This document shows positions 23,010 through 36,335 of a stretch of 64,000 nucleotides of DNA, one piece after another. The number at the start of each line of letters is the position of its first letter. Position 1 is the stretch's first letter. The position numbers were made by a program, and so were the translations under genes. The stretch covers positions 62,001 to 126,000 of the forward strand of contig JAHLTZ010000002.1 of the NCBI GenBank assembly GCA_025786725.1, given 5' to 3'. A model generated the notes under the pieces. It saw only the letters and a program-made list of their open reading frames with translations. It ran no database searches and had not been told where the DNA came from. The DNA comes from Syncephalis fuscata S228. Its lineage: Eukaryota > Fungi > Zoopagomycota.

Positions 23010-26000
23010 ATGGATTCCTCCAGTTGCTCGCATGAGATTATATTTGCGGGCATGTGTGCCTATTGCGGCGTTAGTGTAGTCGAACAGTATCCTTTGACGT
23101 ATGGTAATATAGTTGACGACTTTAGCCTTGACCCTATATGCCCTTTGTAGATCAGATCCGCATGACGAGTCGACTTTTGTTTCTATTTCTCATGATACGT
23201 CGGCATTAAGAGCAACCCGCAAGGTAACTAGCTATAAGTGACAGATCATGGTAATGGTCTAAACCGCGTACACTTGTTGTAGCATGCTGAAAAACTTCAC
23301 CAAGAAGAAACAGAACGCCTGTTGAGTGAACGACGGCTTTCGCTTATTGTAGATCTTGACCAAACAATTGTCCACGCCTGGGACGATCCGGTCATTGAAT
23401 CGTGGCTAGTCGATGAAAATCATCCATATCATTATGCTGCCAAAGTAAGCAATTGGCTATGTTGATAGCTTGTTATCGCTGTCGTATCAATAACTAACCA
23501 TCTATTTTGAACTGCAAGGATATACACCGTATTATACTCAATGATAGTCCACGTGCTCTTTATTTAAAACTTAGGTAAGTATACTGTATTAGATATGCTA
23601 TGAATGAATAGTGCATATATATATATATATACCTATTAATATATGGTATTAATATTAAATGTTTAGACCAGGCACAATGGATTTTCTTGAAAAAACAGCA
23701 GAAATATTTGAATTACATATTTATACAGCTGGATCAAGGTCTTATGCCAATGCAGTCGCTCAAATACTTGATCCCAAGGGAAAACTATTTGGACGACGTA
23801 TTTTATCACGCGATGAAAGTGGAAGTAAGTATAGACTATAAATATATCTATTGAGCTAATCAACTTGCCATTCAGGTCAACGTACAAAAGATTTAAAGCG
23901 ACTATTTCCTTGCGATGATGCCATGGTGTTGATTATTGATGATCGGGCAGATGTATGGCGACGGGTACCTAATTTAATCCAAGTTCGTAAATGTAAGTGT
24001 ACAAAAGAAACAAATATAGGCTAATACTAATAATATGTAATTGGTATATAGATGAGTTCTATTTAGGTGTTGGCGACATTAATGCACCTACAGGACGTCG
24101 TCCTGTTCAAGAAGTAATTAGATAGTGCTATTATATAATATAAATTATATTAATCTATGAATGTTTTACTAATTAGAAGAATACGTCTAATAAAAGCACA
24201 AAAGACGCCACATCCGATGAAATTAGAGAGGAAACAGAAGACGCGATAGATGATAAGCCACCCTCTAATGAAGAGATAGGGAATGGCGAAAAGGAGAAAG
24301 AGAATGGCGAAGATACAAATAATGAAAACAAATCAACCGCTAATGTGTCACCTTTACCAGAAGTAAGTGAATTGATTAACCTAATAACTGGTATTAAGCA
24401 AAAATATACCTTTATAACACTAGACACCAGGCCCCATTATGGGCATGGTCTGTCCTGTAGCTGAGGATAATGACAATGAGTTAACGATTATTTGGGATGT
24501 AAGTACATTTTTAATAGATTGAGTAGTTATTAATAGATTAATTATTAAATAGCGATTATTTAAAATTCATACAGCATTCTATATGTTACAAGATGAGAAT
24601 CAAGATGAAGAAAACCCATTACTTGTTAAAGCAGATGTAAAGGTAAATAATAATAACAAAACTAATTAATAACAATAACAATAAATATACAATAGGATGT
24701 AGCCAATGGATTTCGTCACCGCACTTTATTAGGATGTCACGTTTTATTTAGTGGACTGATTGCTGTTAATGAGGCTTTTGAAACGTAATACTAAACAACA
24801 GCATAATGATAGTTACTAATAGATAATGAATAGTAATGAGTTCTGGCTAATGGCTAAAGAATGTGGCGCCACTTGTGTTAGACAGTTGTCACCCTGGGTA
24901 ACTCATTTAGTGGCCGCTAAAGTAAGTCATTATTGCAATAAACATATGTGAATCAACAATATTAATTAATACGATTTAAAGCCGGGTACCTCAAAAGTGC
25001 ATGAGGCAGAAGATAGAGACAATGTATTTATTGTATCCAAGGAATGGTAACTATTGACGTCATTGTATAAAGTGGCCTATTACCATACTAACACCATATC
25101 TGCTCATCTATAGGCTAGAAGAGTCATTCTACACCTGGCGTCGTGCAAGTGAACGTACCTATGCTCTGCCGGGAACTGACCAGCCCAGTATTGATGCCGA
25201 GGAAAGAATCGCTCAGGTGGCAGCTATGATGGTGAGATCTCGAGCTCAGAATGAGGAAGAGAATGCGGTCCATAAACGCACGTATAGTGCTATTGAAGAT
25301 AATGACTTGCGCCAAGAAGTATTGGCTGAAGATAGTGATCAGAAACGGTCGCGTCTAAATGAGACATCATTAGATGAAGACGAACAAGCAGAACTAATGC
25401 GATTGTCTCCATCTAGCGATGCAGATGAAATGCAGGAGAAATTACGCCACTGTGATTGGAGTTCAATGATGGACGACGTGATGGCTGAACTGGAAGAAGA
25501 TGGTGAACATTTAGATACCGAGACTGAGGCAGATGCCTGGGCCGATGATGCGCCATCAAGCGATAATGACGAGTCAGAAGTGTCTACACCTAATAAATTA
25601 GATACGCTTTCAGCCACGGCCCACCAGCGATTGGAAGCACGGTAACACTTTATTACTATTACATATAGATATAGATACTGGCACTAACTACAAATTGTGT
25701 ATAGATTATTATCTTCAAAACAACGACGCAGCCGTCCATCTGAAACAACAACAACAACAACAACTTCATCTGGTTATCGTCCATCACCACTTCGACATCA
25801 AACAGAACAGCCACGTGGATCTAACGGTGAGGAAAGTGATTTAGAAAGTGAACCTGATCGCGATCCCGATATGGAACGACGCCGACAACAACATCGACAT
25901 ACTTCATCACTTACAAAACCACCATATTCAGCTGACACATCAGAGGCCACCACGCCCGAAACGAATGATGATCACCATCAACAACAAGATGAGTTAGATG

Positions 26001-26158
26001 AATTGGATGACTTTAGTGAATTGGATGAGCTAGAACAAGAATTACAAAAAGCTATGGAAAGCGATGACGAAGCATCATCATCATCATCATCGTCAGATAA
26101 TAATAATAATAATAACGATGATAAAGATGCCAATGCAGGGGACAAGAATGAAGAATAG
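23010..26158 (+). CDS. FCP1: RNA polymerase II CTD phosphatase Fcp1 (FCPH plus BRCT)
   Basis: CSH....GMCAYCG, LSLIVDLDQTIVHA (DxDxT), ELHIYTAGSRSYA, RILSRDESG, IIDDRADVW, BRCT VTHLVAAK.GTSKV, acidic tail. Many introns. Confidence 0.93.
23087..23150 (+). other. U12-type (minor spliceosome) GT-AG intron
   Basis: 5' splice site GTATCCTTT, branch site CCTTGAC at 23126-23132, AG at 23149-50. Splicing keeps the FCP1 frame. Confidence 0.8.
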
Positions 26159-26934
26159 ACTTGACCGTCTGATTAGCAACAAGAAGAGACATGCGCGTAA
26201 CAATGACGAAATATATTATGTAAAGGAGTAAGACGGTCATTACACTTGTGTGTGTGTATGACACTATGGTTTTTGCTTTTTCTTCCTTGATTGAAATGTA
26301 ATAAATGTTTATTGGTAGATTCAGTCACCGCTAGATAACGTGTTAATTCGTACTAATAAAATTGGTTTAAAAGATAACAAAAAGTGATCATGTAAATGAT
26401 ATCTTTAACACTGATTATATTCAAATAATTAGTGATAACCATCAATCCTTTGTTATTATTATTACTGCGGTTATTGACGTCATTGCTGTAACCCCGTTGT
26501 TAACGCATGGCGATAACATTTGTCTATTCCCTCACTCACTCACTCACTCACTCATACGCTGAATGAATGAAACGCAGATAAGTGTTTAGCCATTGTTGTT
26601 GCGAGGCAATAAAGGTTCGGCAAGGAAACTTGATCCTATGACGTCGGTCCTTTGATTTTCTTATATATAAAAAGAGAGTTGGTCATGCTTATTACTTGTC
26701 AGTTATTTTCTATCATCGATAGTTGCACACGCACACACATCCATTGATGCTTTATTATTCTCCATCAAGCTAGACTTGCTGGATATTGTTTATCGTTGTT
26801 TATTACATAAAGTGCCATCAACAGCTAGTGGTTTGTCAGTCAGTTGGTTAGTAGTTAGTAGTTAGTCAGTATCGGTCCGGACCGCTATTCACCACCACTA
26901 TCATTTATATCATTTAAAGCAACATACACTAAAA

Positions 26935-27099
26935 ATGATCGTTTATTATTCGCCTTATCCGTTTCCCGGATTCCTTACCTGGTTTCGTTCAAGTAGAAAT
27001 GGCAAACGGTCACCAACGACAGCAACAGCAACAGCAGGAACAAGAACAAGAGCAAAAACAACAGTAATAGCAACTGCTACTACTACGCCACGGTATTAG
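26935..27099 (+). CDS. Candidate 54-aa small protein
   Basis: AAAAATG start; MIVYYSPYPFPGFLTWFRSS..Thr-rich..PRY*. Upstream TATATATAAAA (~26662) and TGACGTCA (26476). Confidence 0.3.
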   Translation: MIVYYSPYPFPGFLTWFRSSRNGKRSPTTATATAGTRTRAKTTVIATATTTPRY

Positions 27100-27194
27100 C
27101 GTACTACAAGTTGGTCCATCTATAATCAATCTACGTAGATATGGTGTATCTACACCAATGGATAAATGATCGCAATAGCTATTTGCTTGTTTTA

Positions 27195-28339
27195 TTAAAA
27201 AGAAGTGTCAGTGGAGGGTTTGCTACGATCTTTGTATATCGTTTCAGTCTTTCCACCTTTCATTGCCGTGTAACGAGCGACAACAAATAAAAAGTCGCTT
27301 AAACTATTTGAAAATGAAATGTGAAAATGTTAATGAATTAAGTAAATAAGTAATTTTGCATCTTACCGATTAAGATATTTAGAAACGCTTGCTTCAGTAG
27401 AGTTAGCCTGTACCAATGGAACAACACGTCTTTCCGCTCGGCGACAAGTGGCACGGGCCACATGCAATTGTGCCGAAGCAATACCACCCGACTACAGAAC
27501 AACAATAACAATAATAATAATAATGATGGTTATAAAGGCCAATGAGCCTAGTAATTCTAATTTTACTTACGGGTAGAATAAATTGACGTAATGGTGGCAA
27601 TTCTTTATCCATATCGTCAATCCAATTCTCTAGTTGCTTAACAGCTTGGCCATCAACATCAAAATGCGTTTTCTCTACTTTTGATTGATTTCGAGCATCG
27701 CGTGGCGTGGCAATGTTGGATCCAATATCCTGCAACATACACTGAATCTATTTACATAATAAACCATCATCTATTTAAATGTAACTGTACATTAGTATTT
27801 GTCGCTACATACCCAACTAAATCGATCCAAATGATCGGCCGTAATGCCTTGCAATTCACAGTATTCACGAGCTAGACTATTTACAACCATAAACAATAGA
27901 ATATAGACTTGAATACACGTATTCATACCCAATATGGCATGCCAACTCGTCATTAGTGCCAAGTGCTTCAAAGATGGCATCATCCTTCGGACGGCGTTCA
28001 CCAGAGAATAGCGCTGACGTGCCTAAACATAGAAAGTAGAGGTGCTTGTGTAAGTGTTTGCAAGTATAGCCAATCTCTATTTCAAATATACCTTTATCTC
28101 CGGTACGGGTATATACCTTCATAAGTGTTGGTTCACGACTATTGTTGCCCAGACGCGTTAATCTTTGTTACAATGTTCTTCACCGTTAATGATGCTGTTA
28201 CTTGCCTGGATTCGTCAGAGCTCATGCTGCGAATAGCGTACTTTTTGCGAATAGAAGCGCCAATATAGCGAGAGGCAGCGACGGAATTGCCTTGAAATAA
28301 GGAAAAAGAGAGATGACGAGAACCTAGTAAATAACGCAT
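27195..28339 (-). CDS. MMAB: ATP:cob(I)alamin adenosyltransferase (PduO-type) with mitochondrial presequence
   Basis: [46 protein letters not shown]|[17 protein letters not shown]|LSDFLF. Presequence exon joined in frame by a GC-AG intron at 28205-28139. Confidence 0.92.
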
Positions 28340-29964
28340 GACGTATTATATGAAAAAACCTGCATTTGTAATAGTTATATTGTACTAAAATCATTCAACA
28401 TAACACTATTTTATACATTAATAAATTAGATAAATTAGTGATTACAAAAATGCGGCGATAATAAGTATGTCGTTGGTATCTAGATCTTCACAAAAAAACC
28501 ACATTCTTTGCAATATCTATTTGATATTAAATCCATAGTTCATTGTAGCATATTGCATGTGTATTTATTCTATTGTCTGTACATAAGATATACACTGTAC
28601 ATTAAAGATTAAGAAAAAAATAAACGATATTTACTAATTATTAATATAAACTGTAACCATATGAAAACCAATATCGATATATAAATGAATATTGTATAGT
28701 TGTGATCTATGCCTGTATTGTTCTCGTTGATAGTATATATATAATAAAAAGCAGTTTTCTACAAACTCATGTACCGTTAATTCTAAGGATAATAGTTTTA
28801 GAAAAAATATGCTTTGATATAGTTATCATTGAAAACATGACTTGGTGTAAATATTGTGTTTTTGATATTATCGTATTGTATTTGTTGTTAATCCAACATC
28901 TAATTGCAATCTATATCAGTCTTTTCTACATTATAATTCATTTTTTGTTAATATGCAATAAAGCAATTTGATTATATGTTATAATCTCTATAGGTAGTTT
29001 AATGCCATAATGTTCCTCATGTAATATAATCTAACGCAATAATGTAATTACTACAATGTCTAGTAAAACAGTATGCTAGCAATACAGCTAATAAGCAGTA
29101 CCATACAATCGCTATATTCATCCCATCTATTCTATCTATTATGGCAATAGTGTTATATGTTTATTTATACTATTAATAATTTGATGACAGTGTCAGTTAT
29201 GCGTTAATGTCATACAAGCCGTTTAGAGGAAAATAGTATACAAAAGAGTAATGATAATAAAACGCAGCCTTATAAACATGGTTTTACACTAGTTATTAAC
29301 AATTAACAGTCGAGTTATCATTTTATAAATTAAGTATTAAGCATTGACTACTATTGGCAATAGTTATATGTTGGCAGATGGTATATAAAACTAAGTATAT
29401 TAAAATTCACAAATAGTATGTGACAATTTACTGTATTCTATGAAACCATTGAATTGATGGTTAATTGTAGTGTATATTATTAAAACTTGATGTTCAAAAC
29501 TACAGCACTTCTATGAGCTATAATTAGTACCAACAAATAAGGCGATCTCGATTGCGGCATTTACTGACAAATTTATAGTTTTTAATATCTTCGCTTCAAG
29601 AATGGCAACTACGCAAAAATGGGATTATCATAATCAGTTGCATTCCTTTATCATACCACTCAATATACATACATGCATAGAAATGCTACTTTAAAGCATT
29701 TACATTCTCAAGCTACGTATCGAAGTGTTAAGATTCACTGTTTTTAGTTTATTCCACGTGCTTTTTCCACGATTTTTTACTCATAAACGTGCATACTGCA
29801 TTCGTTCAACCTCATAATAAATATGGCGACTATTACACGATGCATTTTGATATAAATATCTAGATTTATAGCACATCTATTGTTTACCCATCACATCATA
29901 TTTCTTACGTATTAGCCTAATGAAAATCCATTTTTTTAGTTAACGACTAAACCTTACACAAAAA

Positions 29965-31086
29965 ATGTTTACGATAAAATCCATTTTCGCTATCATCGTT
30001 ACTGTGTCATGACAGTATCGGTTATTCAAGCCATGCCTGTTAATGAAATGCCAAGCTTACCTGAGTCTGAACCCATTGGTAAACTCTACTCCAATTTATC
30101 CATGCTATTTGCTAACTTTAGTATTTATGTAGAATTTATGAGTTATAAAAACACGACTCAGAAAGTCCATTTACCATATATGATATTCAGTTTACTGACA
30201 ATCCATATGAAGTTAAAGGTGTTCACTATATCAAAGGAACGCAGCATAGCCAGCCCATTACACTTGTATTTGAACCAAATTCGAATACAAGCAATCCCGC
30301 TTTTCAAGTATACAAGGTAATTTTATATAAATCACCTTTGCAAAAACTAACAAGTATCGCCATCAACAGGATCTAATGCTAGATCCCAAATCGGTTAAGA
30401 GCGATAGGTTTTTGGTTCCTGTACCTGAAAAAAGGCTCATAATTAAAGGAAATGTGTGCTATATTATACCAGGCCAATGTGAAATACATATAAGGATTTT
30501 GCCCAAAAATACACCAGGTATAGCGAGCTTAACAAAGTTAATTTTACAAAATATACACTATTCTGACTTTATTTAATTTTAGCGGTGCGCGTCTTGTACA
30601 ACTTTTATGGCAGAATATTGGATCAGGTACAATTTTTATTATTTATATAATATTTATTAAAGCACTATTAGGTCTTGATGCTATAAAAGAAGCGGGGTGG
30701 TATTCTCATATGGATTTTAAGGGTGAGTATGACATCATGGCGAGTATTTATGTTGATGATACTGCTAGATATTTGCATGACCAGTGACAGCAATAATAAC
30801 ACCATTCCAAGTTTTTTCAATTTCAATAATGCTATTCCAGTAGGAAAAGGACTTGTTAATATTGAAGATACAAATAATTTTGTTGTAAACAGCAGCCTTC
30901 TCCTTGTTTCCAAGTACGTGAAATCCGGAATAATGCAACACATTATGGGGCCAAATGGAAAGAATACGAATGGCGCTCTCTAAGGCCCCATTTAACTCAC
31001 CAGCTATGTCTAACTGGAGTCATGGCCCATTATATAACTTTAAATATGCACTCAATACAATGCTATTAAAAGAAACTGAAAACTAA
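29965..31086 (+). CDS. Secreted kinase-fold (pseudokinase-like) protein, copy A, 6 exons
   Basis: Signal peptide MFTIKSIFAIIVTVFMTVSVIQA; GLDAIKEAGWYSHMDFK-DICMT..PSFFNFNNA. Several 1-nt deletions are corrected by the right-arm copy. Confidence 0.7.
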
Positions 31087-31686
31087 AAGCTTTACAACTA
31101 ATCAATAGCCCATTAAATAAACTCATAGCATATTATAGCTTAATTACCACAACTGTGTATATATTTTGTGTAGCATGTATTTGTTTATTAATTAGGAATT
31201 TGTGTTAAGTTTACTGCATTTCTATGAGCTATAGTTGGCATCAACAAAAAAGGTAGTTGCAATCCGCGGCATTTACGAACGAATCTGCAATTTCTTCTGA
31301 TAGTAATGTTTCAAAATAGAAATACGCAAACCGGTATTACCATAACGGATTACATCTTTCATCATGTCGCTCAAAGTATATAAATAGAAATGAGAATGCT
31401 GCTTCAAAACATTTGCATTTTCAAATTCATGTTGAGATGTTTGAGGTATTTGCTTTTAGTTTACTCTGGGTGTTTTTCAAGATTTCTTACCTAAAACCTG
31501 TATACTGTATTTGTCCAACCCCAAGTAAGTATGTCGACTATTACATGATGCGTTTTACTATAAATATTTGTATTTTGCGTATTTATTCGTCTAGCCACCA
31601 CATCATACTTCATTTCTTACGTACTGCAATTATAAATAATAAATCGGTTTAATCAACAATTGAACCTTGGCAAAGCCATACCTACA

Positions 31687-32874
31687 ATGAAATCTATTAT
31701 TGCTATCGTAGCCACTACATTTATGCTAGTATTAGCCACACAAGTTACATATTCTAATGCCATGCCAGGCTCCTTCAACTCCAAGCCCGAGCCCAAGCTC
31801 ATTGGTAAACGTCTACGCCAATTTATCCATGCTATTTGCTAACTTTAGTATTTATGTAGAATTTATGCGTTATAAAAACAGCGACTCAGAAAGTCCATTT
31901 ACCATATATGATATTCAGTTTACTGACAATCCATATGAAGTTAAAGGTGTTCACTATATCAAAGGAACGCAATATAATCAACCCATTACACTTACATGTG
32001 GATCAGATCCAAATCCAAACATAATGCTTTTCAAGTATACGAGGCAAGTTTTATGTAGCAATAGATATGCAAAAACTAACAAGTATCATCATCAACAGGA
32101 TTTAAAGGCACATTCTTCGCTATTTAGCAGCACAGGTTTTCTGTTGCTGTACCTAAAGGCGGTTTTATAATTCCTGGACAAATTAGATGCTATGTCTTAC
32201 CAGGCCAATGTGAACAGACATATAAACAATTTGCTGAGAATCCCCTCAGGTATGACTAATTCAATAGTATTACTTCCATATAATATCTATAATGCTAACT
32301 TTTCAACTAGTGCAATGCAGCTTGATATGAAAAAGATATTGGATTTATGGCGTAATATTGGTCAGGTACAAATCTTTATTGTTTATATGGTATATATTAA
32401 ATTATTGTTAGGTCTAGATGCTATAGGAAAAACAGGATGGCACGTCCACAAGAATCTTCAAAGTAAGTATAGCGTTTATTAATAATGCTTATATTGATTG
32501 TATTGCTAGATATTTGCATCACCAAGAAGAAAGATGGTAAATATATGCCACAGTTTTTTAATTTCGATAATGCAATTTCAGCAAAGAAAGAGCTTGATTA
32601 CGAAACAGAGATTATGCATTCCAGTCTAAACCGTATTAATATAAAAACAATTCTTCAGCTTGTTCCTGATGAAGTAAAAATTGAAATATTTTGCAAGCTT
32701 ACAGATGATGCATGCATAAGAAAAACGAGGATTTTATACAAACCAAGCTGGATTGATTCTAGACTTTATGATCTAAATGGAAATGAATGTTTAAAAAAAG
32801 CAGATGCAGTCACTATATATTCATTAGAAAAAATGCTTTTAACTAATAATCCAAACTGGCATCCTCATCAATAA
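31687..32874 (+). CDS. Secreted kinase-fold (pseudokinase-like) protein, copy B, 6 exons
   Basis: Signal peptide MKSIIAIVATTFMLVLATQVTYSNA; GLDAIGKTGWHVHKNLQ-xICIT..PQFFNFDNA. Same intron positions as copies A and C. Confidence 0.7.
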
Positions 32875-34755
32875 TTCATTAAATAAATTCATAGTATGTT
32901 ATGATACAATTATTTAGTTATGTGATATACTTTATGTATTATGTATTTGTTTATTAAATACTAATATTGTATAGCTATTTACTTGTAAATGCTACTTGGT
33001 ATGATTTAAACAGTAAATGACTAATATTCCATAAATTCAGGCTGTAAAACAATTAGTTATAAATATTATATATATTTTAGTATTTCTGATTCTTTAGTCA
33101 TCAATGAATGAAGTATTATAAATACCGCCTGGTTATAATTAGCAATTAAACTGATAAATGCTAAATTCAGCATAACAGTATTTCTTACTAGATGTTATTT
33201 AGATAAATAGCTGCGTTTTCTAAATTCCACATCTACAATTTTGTTAATATTTGCTTTAAATTACCGCCAAATTTATTAATTTTAACGGTTAGTGTAATTA
33301 CACTAAAAAAACAGAAATAACAAATAGTTCTCATAGTAGCTATCAAAATGGTTTGCCTATGGTTTATCATATTAAGCTTTTGTTTCCTGTGATTCGTGTG
33401 ATGTATTTACTGCCATTAAGTCATTATTAATCCAAACTACATCTTATTAGTGATTATGATTATAATTTTATTTATATACAACTAAATAGCAACTTACAGA
33501 TTTGCTTATGTAATGCAGAATTGCCAGTTATAACATTCGTGTATTCTTTACATTATCATTTCTTGCAAGCCGATATTGTTCTATTTTAAACAATCAAATT
33601 GATATTTGTTTGTTCTAATCTATACTCTTTCGATTCTTTAGCTACTAGTCTATCGATATGCGTGTAATTTAATTTAAAATTTAAATGTATTTGATGGTAC
33701 ACATTGCAACCAACAATACATTGCCTAATCTATATTATTTTTCATGCTTTATAGTATCTATACACGTAAATAGTTCACGCAATACAGACAATTGACTGTT
33801 GTTATTATTATTCCACTTTATCTCTGCTAATAGCCATTGCTGCTTACTATACACGACACATATATTATTTATTTCAATCTTTACGTTTAGTTAGTCAACA
33901 CTATTTCAAGCTACTATCAATAGAAGACTGATTAGCTGCAATAATTAATAGTTTAATTCTTTTACAGCAACCTTGTTTGTAACATGCAAGTTTATGAATT
34001 CTATAAAAGCCACTATAATATTCTCATAATATAGCAATTTTTACAGTGATGAGTTGATAGTAATGCAACCAAGAAGCTATTGAGCAAGCAACAGTGCCGT
34101 ATGCTTCAATCAAAGTTAGCAATTTTGCAATAGTCGAAATGCCAGTGGATGTTGAGTAAACGAGTTAGGGAAAGAAATAATTATATTTTTAAGTAATGAA
34201 AATGGTTAACAAAAAAATAAGATTAAAGAAAAGCAATGCAAGATAATAATGTAAATAGTGTTTGTACTTAACTAGTAGTCATCCAAATATTAGCACTATC
34301 TAGGTAACATATATGAAGTGTACAAGTATATGCAATGGATATACGCTATCAAGTGTAAAGAAAGAGTAGTGATGTAGATTATATGTCGTGTTGTTAATAC
34401 AAGTGAGTTTATAATAATGATGTAATTTGACATCAAAACTACTCATTATCATAGAGCATGCAATAAATGCCATTTGCCATTTCCATAGAACATACTGCCA
34501 ATGGAATAATAAATTTAGTAATAAGAATAAATGGCAATGAATAAAGGAATGCCATTATCTACTGTATCACTTTAGTAGTTTATAAAGCTGCTAAAGTAAT
34601 ACAAAATAAGTCAATTAAATGGTGATCTACAATTAAAAAACAATAGCTAAAAATATTATTCATAACGCTCAGAACAGATAAGTTGATAAATCCTGACTTT
34701 CTGCCATATATATCTTAACCTTGTGTCGCTTTTTGTCTTCTTCTGATTAGCAACT

Positions 34756-36335
34756 ATGTCGCTCATTTATTCTGCTCTAAGTCGAACAGCACTTTGTACA
34801 AAGTCTCGTTATATACCGAGTGCACTACGAGCGGTATCAAGTTTACGCTATGCGTCAAATACAAGTAAGTAGAACATTATTACTATTAGCGCTGTTAATT
34901 GACTAATATAAATACTGGTTTGCAAATAGCAACGACCGAACGACGTACCGCTCTCTATGACTTCCACTTGGAACATGGCGGCGAAATGGTTGAATTTGCA
35001 GGCTGGTCCATGCCTGTTAAATACACTAGTCTAAGTGTTCTTAAATCACACTTACATACGCGTGAAAATGCGTCTTTATTCGACGTTTCGCATATGCTGC
35101 AGTCCCGGTAGGCGCAAAACATGATTTGGCACCATCCATTAGCATGCTAATATGGATACCTATAGTTTAACGGGAAAAGATCGCGTCAAGTTTTTTGAAC
35201 GACTTGTGGTAGCTGATCTTCAGGCACTTCCTGAAGGCCACGGTACACTTAGTGTGTACACAGACGAGGATGGTGGCATCATTGATGATTTGATTGTTAC
35301 AAATGAAAATAATTCGTTGTACATCGTATCAAATGCCGGATGTACAGAAAAAGATTTGAAACACGTTCGTGAGCAATTAGATCGGTTCAAGAGCGAAGTG
35401 CCGGGAGCAGATGTTCATTTGGAAACACTAGATGATTCCTCTTTATTAGCATTGCAAGGTAAAAGCGATTATATATTTGCAACAAAATGAAGCTGATGCT
35501 GATTGATTGTAGGACCCAAAGCGGCCTCTGTGCTAGAGAAATTAACCGGAAAAGGACTGGCCGACCAGGCATTTATGACTGCGCGTAAAATGAAAGTGGC
35601 TGGACTAGACTGTCATGTAGCCCGCTGTGGATATACGGGAGAGGACGGATTTGAAGTAGCTATGGCTGATAAAACATTAAACACTAACTGACTAATAATT
35701 GTAATTCGATTAGATTTCTGTGGCATCCCGTGATGCGGTGGCATTAGCCGAGGCACTTGTAGCAAGTTCAGACGTTCAGCTAGCTGGACTAGGTGCCCGC
35801 GACTCACTTCGTCTCGAGGCAGGCATGTGTCTTTATGGTCATGACCTTGACGAGACCATAACACCAATTGAAGCCGGTCTTCTTTGGACAATTGGCAAAC
35901 GTCGTCGCGAAGAGGGTGGCTTCCTTGGTGCTAAGCGAATCCAGGATCAAATTAAAAACGGTGTTAGCCGCCGGCGTGTTGGACTTATAGTTGAAGGGCC
36001 ACCAGCACGTGGTAAGTGTCTTGGAGAATAGCGCAATTGACTAGATGATAACAATATACTGAAATGGTAGAGGGAGCAGTGATTTTAAACTCCAATAACG
36101 AGCCAGTAGGTAAGTGGCGATGTATAAGCTATGGTTGCGTATATTTATTATAATTGTAGGCGTCGTCACGAGTGGTTGTCCATCTCCTTCTTTAAAGAAA
36201 AACATTGCCATGGGCTACGTAAAGAAAGCTTATAGCAAAGTCGGCACCGAATTGGCAACCATTATTCGCAAAAATAACCGGGCCGCACAGGTTGTTAAAA
36301 TGCCTTTTGTGGCTCCTCGTTATCACAAAATCTAA
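34756..36335 (+). CDS. GCV1: Glycine cleavage system T protein (aminomethyltransferase), mitochondrial
   Basis: [73 protein letters not shown]. Confidence 0.96.

Larger units (their letters stand above)
28688..33052 (+). repeat. Left arm of a ~4.37-kb inverted segmental duplication
   Basis: Near-identical to the reverse complement of 48221-52592 throughout. Matching ORF pairs include 31413-31652 vs 49617-49856 and 32192 vs 48860. Confidence 0.95.

Noticed and set aside
31413-31652. 79-aa ORF conserved at 49617-49856 (likewise 28702-28971 and 52315-52641)
   Set aside because: Conservation follows from the recent duplication. The starts are non-ATG, and the 79-aa ORF overlaps the shared promoter module.
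33200-34600. Possible decayed membrane-protein gene in an AT-rich gap
   Set aside because: No ORF of length and no motif I can support.
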